Below, in pieces: positions 57,417 to 64,000 of a stretch of DNA of 64,000 bases. The stretch lies in IMG/VR virus record IMGVR_UViG_3300013093_000020; one strand, 5' to 3'. The DNA comes from a virus. Position numbers and translations under genes: made by a program. The notes beneath the pieces are model-generated. The model saw only the letters and a program-made list of their open reading frames with translations, was not told where the DNA came from and made no database searches. Numbering within the stretch: position 1 is the first letter of the stretch; every line of letters starts with the position of its first letter.

Positions 57417-59792
57417 TTATGACATCCTGTTTTGACTTAGGTTATTCAAACCGCGGACTTGCTTGGTACTATTGTCTGCAACTACTTCAAAATGTTGAAC
57501 AAGAGTAGCCATCATAGTATTTAATTGATTGATGCCTGCTGACAGATTATCTTGAGCATTAGCCTCAGGAGCAGCCGATGTTGCATCCACTTTTGGACTC
57601 GAATCTTTTTCTTTCTTATCAGTTTGTAGAGTATCTGTGACCTGTTTAAATGCCTGCACAAAGGATCCAATCCTTGTTTCTACACTTGTAGCATTGGTAT
57701 TTGTTATACTAGCAAATGTTTCATTTGTTTTGGCAAAAAGTGTTTGTAACTGATCAACAGGATTAATGTTAGATATAGCCGTGACTATATCATTTTTATC
57801 AGATGTTATCGGTGTTGTATCAACTTGTCGTTGTATTGGCAATTCTTTTATAGCATTTACCACAGCTTCAATAGGTATACCCTGTGTAGCCGGATTCATA
57901 TTCTTACCAAAGGCAGCACCAGTGCTGGCCAAATTTCCAATCTGATCACTTAGACTTCTAAATATCATTGGCAAACTATTGACATAGTCCGTTTCTTTGG
58001 GATTAAGCACACGCTCTCCGCGTTCTACGCTAGTCACTATATCTTCAGGTTCAACATTAAGACCGATCATACCCGTTGTACCTAAATCTCTCGTTCGTGT
58101 TCCGTCAGGATTAAAACGCTCTGGGTATCGACGTCTTTCTTCTGCTTCGCGAGCTTGTTTATCGGCATCTGATTGTGGAGTTGGTTGTGTGTTAGGATTT
58201 ATAGCCGTTGATGGCACGGCTGCAGCTTTTTTAGCTTTTTCTATTAGGTCGTCAACAAATGTATTCAATTGACCCATAATGGTAGGCAAAATTTTTGATC
58301 GTTGTTCTGCTGTGATCATAGATTCATTCCACTTGGTCAAATTAGTATTCATTTCAGATAGTCCGGTTTTTATTGCGGTACTATTTGCTAGATATCTATT
58401 AAGTTCCTCTGTCACTGTTAGATTTACTTTATCTAATGCTTGTTTGGCATTGTTAATAGCTATACTAGCTTGCTCACCTACGGGTCTTTCATCAGGTTTG
58501 GTTATCCTTTGATTTTTAACCATTTCATTATACAATATTCTTAGGCTAACATCATCTGTAATTTTTTGTTTTGTTGCTTCGGCGTAGGCCTGTGTTTGTT
58601 TTCTTTGCTCTTCAGTCAATGGACCAAAATATTTACTTTGTAGGTCTGTGGTCAATTTATCTATATTCTGGCCAGCCGGACCACTACTAGCCAATGCCGC
58701 TACCATTCCTAAGAATTTAGGATCGTTGACCATTTCAGACATTCGCTGATTGATCCTAATAGCCGCGGCATCGGCTTCTTTTAATTTTGCAGCTCGTTCG
58801 TCAGGATTCTGTGTCCTTGCGGCTTCATCATATAATCGCTTGTTAGCAGCCATTTGATTTTGAATTTCTGCAGGTATGGCAGCTACTAGAGCTTGGTCTT
58901 TAGCATCCATTACCCCAGTTCTTAATATTCTATTAAAGTCTGCTAACACTGGTGATGCAGCTGCAAATATCAATTGTTGTTCTTTATAGGCCTTAAGTTG
59001 CTCTCCACTCATTAGACTTTCTGCTAGTCTACCTTTTATGCTGTCACTAATAGCTTTAGTTTCTTCTAATAGTTTGTCTTTTTGTACACCATATAAGCCA
59101 GCTAGGTCGTACAACACATCGCTTAGGTGTAGAGCAGTACTGGTTGCTGTTGTACTGGCTTTCCCTCCTGCTTCTGAAAATTTATTTGTGTTGAATGTTA
59201 CATATTCTAGTGTCTTGGCAAATTCAGCTTCACCTACTCCTAATCTAAGAAGTCCTTGACCAAATTGATCCATCTTCATTTCTTCAAGGCTACTCATAAA
59301 AGTATTGATGCTGTCCTCATAAGTTCCGCCCATTCTACGGAGACTGTTTGAATTATTTTTTATAATGTCATTATATTCTGCAGATGAAAGACCAGTAGCA
59401 ATAACCTGTCGTCTAAACTCAAGAAGATCTATTCTGGTATCTCCAAACTTGAGATTCTCTCGCATGTTTTGATTAGCTTCTAGTGCGTCTTTACTAAAAA
59501 CTTTAAGAGCTTCGCCGGCAAATCCGCCAATTATAGGAAATAATTTGAGTGTTTCTGCAGATAATTCAAATACATTAGCTAGTGTTAGTGTGCCTGTGGC
59601 TAGATGGGATAGTGCGTTGCCAGCTATAATTGCGCCTGATTGTAAAGTATTAGTTAGACCATTCAGGGCAGCTGTTGTACCTGCAGCCGCTCCTGCTGCT
59701 GAGGTTCCGCCTAAGCCGCCGCTTCCCGGTATACCTTTTAGCAAGTCATCTATTTTCGTGATCAGGGACTCGACACTAGTTTCTACATTCAT
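57417..59792 (-). CDS. Probable tape measure / baseplate hub protein
   Basis: 791 aa, Ala-rich and helical, without catalytic motifs; divergent from the gp26-like gene. Confidence 0.6.
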   Translation of the reverse strand: MNVETSVESLITKIDDLLKGIPGSGGLGGTSAAGAAAGTTAALNGLTNTLQSGAIIAGNALSHLATGTLTLANVFELSAETLKLFPIIGGFAGEALKVFSKDALEANQNMRENLKFGDTRIDLLEFRRQVIATGLSSAEYNDIIKNNSNSLRRMGGTYEDSINTFMSSLEEMKMDQFGQGLLRLGVGEAEFAKTLEYVTFNTNKFSEAGGKASTTATSTALHLSDVLYDLAGLYGVQKDKLLEETKAISDSIKGRLAESLMSGEQLKAYKEQQLIFAAASPVLADFNRILRTGVMDAKDQALVAAIPAEIQNQMAANKRLYDEAARTQNPDERAAKLKEADAAAIRINQRMSEMVNDPKFLGMVAALASSGPAGQNIDKLTTDLQSKYFGPLTEEQRKQTQAYAEATKQKITDDVSLRILYNEMVKNQRITKPDERPVGEQASIAINNAKQALDKVNLTVTEELNRYLANSTAIKTGLSEMNTNLTKWNESMITAEQRSKILPTIMGQLNTFVDDLIEKAKKAAAVPSTAINPNTQPTPQSDADKQAREAEERRRYPERFNPDGTRTRDLGTTGMIGLNVEPEDIVTSVERGERVLNPKETDYVNSLPMIFRSLSDQIGNLASTGAAFGKNMNPATQGIPIEAVVNAIKELPIQRQVDTTPITSDKNDIVTAISNINPVDQLQTLFAKTNETFASITNTNATSVETRIGSFVQAFKQVTDTLQTDKKEKDSSPKVDATSAAPEANAQDNLSAGINQLNTMMATLVQHFEVVADNSTKQVRGLNNLSQNRMS

Positions 59793-59854
59793 AAAAAAAT
59801 TCCAAGAAATATGCGTATATAAATACTACATATTATATTTATCTGGAGCCCAAA

Positions 59855-60679
59855 ATGGCCATAAACAACCCTTTACAAAAGTATTTTAGACAGCCTAAGA
59901 TCTTTATCAAAATCCCCAGCGGTGGTGTCTACTGCCAAACTGGCACTATCAGTGGAGATCCTAGCAAGTTGGCCGTGTTTGGTATGACCGGCATGGATGA
60001 AATACTGCTGAAAACTCCAGATGCACTGCTATCCGGAGAAAGTGTAGTTAGGATTATAGAAAGCTGTGTGCCAGAAATCAAAGATGCTTGGGACCTCAGT
60101 AATATTGATATAGATGCTGTACTAAGTGCTATAAGGATTGCTACATACGGACAATCAATGTCGGTTACAAGAAACTGCCAAAGTTGCGGAGAAGAAAACG
60201 ATTACGATCTAGATCTTAGTTACATAATAGATCACTATAGCAAATGTGTTTACAACAGTCGATTAGTGCTAGACGACCTAGTTGTTACGGTCAAACCATT
60301 AACATATCGTCAAATGACTGATTTTAATTTAAGAAATTTTGAAATACAGCAACAGCTAAAGCAATTAGATTTAGAAGACAAGGCTAATAAAAAAATCTTA
60401 GCTGACATGTTTATACAGCTAGGAGAACTACAAAATGAAATATTTGCCGCCAGTATCGAAAGTGTCAGCACAGACAGTGTCACAGTTACCGAACGCGGAC
60501 ATATCATCGAGTGGGTACAAAACGCTGACATGGTGTTATTTGATCAATTAAAAGAACTAGCAGTGTCTAATCAACAAAATTGGGAAATACCTCAATTTGA
60601 TGTTGTATGCTCTCATTGTAATGCAGAGGGAAAAACAGCTATTCAACTTGACGCCGCAAGTTTTTTCGCGAAAGCCTAA
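59855..60679 (+). CDS. gp26: Baseplate hub assembly protein (T4 gp26-like)
   Basis: NPLQKYFRQP...IPSGG, MT..DEILLKTPDAL, D.DAVL.AIRIATYG and two CxxC pairs. Confidence 0.8.
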   Translation: MAINNPLQKYFRQPKIFIKIPSGGVYCQTGTISGDPSKLAVFGMTGMDEILLKTPDALLSGESVVRIIESCVPEIKDAWDLSNIDIDAVLSAIRIATYGQSMSVTRNCQSCGEENDYDLDLSYIIDHYSKCVYNSRLVLDDLVVTVKPLTYRQMTDFNLRNFEIQQQLKQLDLEDKANKKILADMFIQLGELQNEIFAASIESVSTDSVTVTERGHIIEWVQNADMVLFDQLKELAVSNQQNWEIPQFDVVCSHCNAEGKTAIQLDAASFFAKA

Positions 60680-60785
60680 TTAGATTACCCGCCTCAGAAA
60701 TACAAGATTATCTAGTTAGGCTAGATGTGCAGATTAAACAATTCAAAGAAGAACTATTTAGACTAAGTTGGTTCACTAGAGGCGG
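60661..60785 (+). promoter_or_regulatory. Candidate -1 programmed ribosomal frameshift signal
   Basis: In-frame T_TTT_TTC (60661-60667), 5-nt spacer, 13-bp stem (60673-60685/60710-60722), loop CCGCCTC (60689-60695) complementary to GAGGCGG (60779-60785). Confidence 0.7.
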
Positions 60786-60900
60786 AGTGTCAGTAACAGA
60801 ACTGTTGCATTATTATTCTGCCGAAGACCGAGAAATCCTAGATAATGTAATCAAATCAAATCTTGAAACTACCAAAGATTCAGGACTACCGTTCTTTTAA
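60661..60900 (+). CDS. ATG-less ORF in the -1 frame, gp51-like; probable frameshift extension of the gp26-like protein (not in the ORF track)
   Basis: Open for 79 codons (FFRESLIRLP...LSWFTRGGVS...LETTKDSGLPFF*); TGA at 60649 closes the frame upstream; it fills the gap exactly up to the convergent gene. Confidence 0.75.
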   Translation, partial: FFRESLIRLPASEIQDYLVRLDVQIKQFKEELFRLSWFTRGGVSVTELLHYYSAEDREILDNVIKSNLETTKDSGLPFF

Positions 60901-61676
60901 TTTGCTGCAGGAGCAGTCGGAGCTTGCGTAGGAAATTTCTTTCTAAATAAATGACCGTAGGTTGGTGATCCCGGTCTTATATCCTTGTACATATTCCAGT
61001 AAACAGTTTCAGCTTCCTTGGGATTATTTTCATCAGGCAAATTACTATCCGGTGGCGGAACATTAGATGCCGGAGGTTTTGGAATTTTACCATCGTCGTT
61101 GCTCGGAGGTGACGAAACATTGTCTATGGTACTGATACCAGTTGACGGGCCACCTTTAAGCAACCAATGTACAGGATCCTTGTCAGGAATAGGTCGATAC
61201 CAACCTTGCTTTTCCATCCATCGTGGATCTACTGTCTTGGAAACATCGATGGCATTTTTATGGAATATAATATCTTTGCGACCTTTATACTTAGGATCGT
61301 CAGGGTTTATTGGAATATAGACATTAGGATCTTTGTTCAGCCAACGGTTGTATAAATCTTTCTGCTGTTGATATGTGCGCTCTTGGCTAGTGATAGGTAG
61401 TTCTTTACCAAATTCAGCTTTGTAAGCCTGTTTGAGTTTTTCCACTGCCTGTTTGAATTGGGGCTGTACAGTTGGTGCAGGTTCTGCATGAGTAATACCA
61501 GATGCTTCGTCCGGAGTAACATCATAGACATAGACTTTGACTTTGTCTATCTGAGCCTTGTATTGAGGATAAGTTTTAATAATATAAGCTTCAAAAGTCT
61601 CATGTGCCATATTGTCGGGCACATCAAATCTTTCTTCTTTACCATCAGGAAATACTACTAAAACTTTCCTGGTCAT
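60897..61676 (-). CDS. Putative Zn-dependent peptidoglycan peptidase (M15/DD-peptidase-like) with a Pro-rich tail
   Basis: ITSQERTYQQQKDLY...H..AIDV...GWYRP...DPVHW. Confidence 0.65.
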   Translation of the reverse strand: MTRKVLVVFPDGKEERFDVPDNMAHETFEAYIIKTYPQYKAQIDKVKVYVYDVTPDEASGITHAEPAPTVQPQFKQAVEKLKQAYKAEFGKELPITSQERTYQQQKDLYNRWLNKDPNVYIPINPDDPKYKGRKDIIFHKNAIDVSKTVDPRWMEKQGWYRPIPDKDPVHWLLKGGPSTGISTIDNVSSPPSNDDGKIPKPPASNVPPPDSNLPDENNPKEAETVYWNMYKDIRPGSPTYGHLFRKKFPTQAPTAPAAN

Positions 61677-62572
61677 TTTTTATCCCAGCCGTGGAATTCC
61701 ATGTGCCCAGCATCTGATTTTTCATCAGATGAAGATGACGAACTGCTGCTGTTTGATTGAGATTTAGGTACAGGTACAGGCACGGGCTCCGGGGTCGAAG
61801 ACTTTGCGGCTTCTTTCTGACTGGAGATCCAACTTAGGACCTGTCCTGGTAAAGGGTCTAACATGGCTTGATTGTTATCTGCCAGTTTGTCAACTTGTAG
61901 CGCATACCATTCACCAAATTTAGTCACTGTGTCCCAGAAAGCAGGATTACGATTTAGTTCTCCTCCAACCTTCATATCAGCATAAGTGCCGCACCATCCA
62001 GCTACTACATCTCTTACTCCGTCACTGTTGGCGATCCTTGATCCGATATAGTCAGGTACAGCACGGGGAATAAACCCTAGACCAAATTGGCGTAGTGCTC
62101 CTTTGAGCAGGCCACGACTGGCCATACCTGCTGCTAAATTACCTACTAGTTCAGCCAGTAAATGTTGGCGATTGGCAGTAAACTGCTCCTGTGTCATGCC
62201 ATTCTCATGATTGTCAAGCTGTCGCTTGAACATGGCATCTGCATTGATAAAATTTGTAATAGGTTGAAGTACTTCGGGTAGTACTACTAGATATCTAATA
62301 GCTAGATTTACACTCTTAACAGCTACAGATGTAGTAAGTTTAGCTGCTCCAACTCCAGGAATACTGCTACCAGTACGAGATTTTCTTAATTCTTTTTCAC
62401 GACGCTTCAGTTCTGCTTCTCGAGCTGCTAGTTCTTTTTCTCGAAGTGCTGCTTCTCTCGCAGCCAGTTTTTCAGCCGCAGTCATTTCTTTACCTGTAGT
62501 CTTTCCCCCAAACTTTAACCAGTCCAGTACGCCTTCATTTGTTTGTTCGCTGATAATATCTGTGATTTTCAT
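61673..62572 (-). CDS. Hypothetical protein, possibly an internal head protein
   Basis: Likely start is ATG 62572 (MKITDIISE, capsid-targeting-like leader) rather than the track's TTG at 62578; late promoter at 62595-62600. Confidence 0.7.
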   Translation of the reverse strand: MKITDIISEQTNEGVLDWLKFGGKTTGKEMTAAEKLAAREAALREKELAAREAELKRREKELRKSRTGSSIPGVGAAKLTTSVAVKSVNLAIRYLVVLPEVLQPITNFINADAMFKRQLDNHENGMTQEQFTANRQHLLAELVGNLAAGMASRGLLKGALRQFGLGFIPRAVPDYIGSRIANSDGVRDVVAGWCGTYADMKVGGELNRNPAFWDTVTKFGEWYALQVDKLADNNQAMLDPLPGQVLSWISSQKEAAKSSTPEPVPVPVPKSQSNSSSSSSSSDEKSDAGHMEFHGWDKK

Positions 62573-62611
62573 ATTCAATTCCGAGAAGTTTACATATTTA
62601 CCATTGTGTGG

Positions 62612-62692
62612 AGATGTACTGCGTACATCTGTTCTTCGCTTCCGCTCGAACTTGTCTTCTTATTAGAAAAGGCAATAAAACGCGAAGCGTTT
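62612..62692. repeat. Cluster of short inverted repeats, two with GNA triloops
   Basis: AGATGTAC-tgc-GTACATCT (62612-62630) and AAACGC-GAA-GCGTTT (62678-62692), plus two imperfect hairpins between them. Confidence 0.7.
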
Positions 62693-62694
62693 AA

Positions 62695-63070
62695 GATATT
62701 ATCCAGATTGTTCAGTCACACTTTGCCCAGGCAGGGCAAAGGACATTATCCGAGTTGAACATGTCACTTAGCGTTAGGGCATTACAGAGGCGGTCATCCG
62801 GTACCTCGAGCCCCGTCTTTATACGACGGCAATCTGCTGACATACGCTAACACATCCGCAGATCCGTGGGTTTTCCCCACTCCTTTAGCCTTTTTAAAAA
62901 TTTACGGCAAGCATCAAACTAGTTGTATGAAGGCATATCTAGTCATCGTCCGGTCAAGGATAGTGATGCATGACCCTGCCGTCAAGCAAGGAATTTCCGT
63001 GACTGCGATCCGAGATCCAGCTGTAAGGGCACAAAATTACATCGCCAGTGCGGGCTTATTTGACGGTTTT
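62695..63070 (-). ncRNA. Candidate large structured non-coding RNA
   Basis: About ten helices and several loop pairings in an interval with no credible ORF; G-U pairs favour the minus strand. Confidence 0.7.
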
Positions 63071-63075
63071 AGAGC

Positions 63076-63510
63076 CTAGTTTTCTTGGAGTTTACGAATG
63101 TGTGAACCATGTACACGCACTTGAATATGACCATTATAGTAGTCGTTTGATTCAAGAACTCTGCGTGAAAACTGTTCGCGGGCCTCAACATAGCTGCATT
63201 CTGCCTTGCTACGGCAATAAAAAAGTATCTCTCTACGGAAGTTTTCAACTCCTAGAGCTTGTACATCACGAGTTAATTCAGGTGACGATCCATAGTAATC
63301 TCGCCAGTCGGAATCAATTTTGCTTCTGATCTTCTTTTTCTTTTTGTTGCCGTTCTTTAATTTTACTGTTCGATATGTGGTCTTTGAGAATTTTGCCAGC
63401 TTTTTGCCTATATACATGCGCCCTGTTGAGATGTTAGTGATGATGTAGACGAAGCCCGCACAGTCGTCCGGGAGTTCTTCTACAGTTTGGGAATTGAAAA
63501 GCCATGTCAT
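63076..63510 (-). CDS. GIY-YIG family nuclease (catalytic domain only, Seg-like)
   Basis: GFVYIITN...MYIGKK...YYGSS...F.REIL...E...YYN. Confidence 0.88.
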   Translation of the reverse strand: MTWLFNSQTVEELPDDCAGFVYIITNISTGRMYIGKKLAKFSKTTYRTVKLKNGNKKKKKIRSKIDSDWRDYYGSSPELTRDVQALGVENFRREILFYCRSKAECSYVEAREQFSRRVLESNDYYNGHIQVRVHGSHIRKLQEN

Positions 63511-63515
63511 GACTT

Positions 63516-63779
63516 CTAATTATCATCATTGCCTTGTGCCTTGAGTTGTTTTTGAGCGAGCCTACGAGCTTTGGCCTGTTTCATGTCTTCGTTCTTCCAG
63601 TGACGCCATTCTTGTAGCACAATACGGCGTTCACTGCATAATCTGCGTATTTCACTCATAGCATTACGAGTGTCCATACATGCCCGTTTGGTCCCAGTGT
63701 TCATCCAACGCTGGTTAGCTTCGAAGTAAGTTCGAAATGCAGCCATTAACTGAGCATGTAATTCTTCATCCTGATGCAT
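63516..63779 (-). CDS. Hypothetical small basic helical protein
   Basis: 87-aa ORF translationally coupled (TAATG) to gp46. Confidence 0.7.
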   Translation of the reverse strand: MHQDEELHAQLMAAFRTYFEANQRWMNTGTKRACMDTRNAMSEIRRLCSERRIVLQEWRHWKNEDMKQAKARRLAQKQLKAQGNDDN

Positions 63780-64000
63780 TATTCTGTGACTTCTAGATCC
63801 GTGGCATATGATGTAAAGCCATTTTCTTTGATGACTTTGAGTACATTGTTAACACGACCTACAAGCTCGTCCCTGTGCGATATTAAGAACACATTCTTTT
63901 TGCGTTCTCGAGTCATCTTTTTCAGCACAGCCAGTGCAGATTCGACGCCTGAGCTGTCTAGTCCATTGTCTATGAGCTCGTCTACAAACAGCAAGTTTAC
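63779..64000 (-). CDS. gp46: Recombination exonuclease ATPase subunit (T4 gp46/SbcC), C-terminal fragment
   Basis: Walker B/D-loop LLFVDELIDNGLD and H-loop FLISH. Confidence 0.9.
   Translation of the reverse strand, partial: VNLLFVDELIDNGLDSSGVESALAVLKKMTRERKKNVFLISHRDELVGRVNNVLKVIKENGFTSYATDLEVTE

Noticed and set aside
4639-59889. Many antisense or alternate-frame ORFs of 60-170 aa inside structural genes
   Set aside because: Shadow ORFs expected from Thr/Ala/Gly-rich codon usage; no RBS or domain signal.
62695-63070. Group I/II intron, tmRNA or RNase P RNA as the identity of the structured region
   Set aside because: The flanking genes are intact, and I found no convincing group I P7 pair, group II domain V, tRNA-like termini or GAGGAAAGUCC motif. 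CGGGCTTA at 63051 only loosely resembles the RNase P 3' end. A covariance search is still needed.
62543-63329. Plus-strand ORFs 62543-62758 and 63048-63329
   Set aside because: Short, with non-ATG starts and no recognisable motifs; they overlap real minus-strand genes.
1-64000. CRISPR array, tRNA genes or stop-codon reassignment
   Set aside because: I saw no spaced direct repeats or cloverleafs, and conserved genes translate full length with the standard code.

Overview
This window is the virion-morphogenesis region of a large T4-like myovirus, read with the standard genetic code and encoded mostly on the minus strand. Head and DNA-metabolism genes: the end of the gp46 (SbcC/Rad50-like) gene, a GIY-YIG nuclease, portal gp20, protease gp21, scaffold gp22, major capsid gp23, head nuclease gp4, a probable small terminase, dNMP kinase, an HNH protein and a Nudix hydrolase. 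Tail genes: a probable tape measure, a gp26-like hub chaperone, neck/tail-completion gp13-15, sheath gp18, tube gp19, and a ~35 kb fibre region with two giant paralogous proteins (3287 and 2953 aa). The fibre region also holds two parallel cassettes (fibre + three paralogues + small protein) interleaved with a flavin-dependent halogenase and four 2OG-Fe(II) oxygenases. A T4-type late promoter motif (TAAATA) recurs about 20 times, and two sigma70-type promoters are present. The most notable non-obvious signals are: (1) a ~370-nt, multiply pseudoknotted non-coding RNA candidate directly downstream of the GIY-YIG gene; (2) a U-UUU-UUC slippery site plus pseudoknot predicting a -1 frameshift that joins the gp26-like ORF to an ATG-less gp51-like ORF beside the tape measure gene; (3) start-site-occluding stems that could silence late genes on early transcripts; (4) two structured 5' leaders; (5) nested insertions of one beta-module inside itself in the giant fibres. 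All homology calls come from motif recognition by eye and all RNA pairings were found by hand; no searches or folding programs were run.
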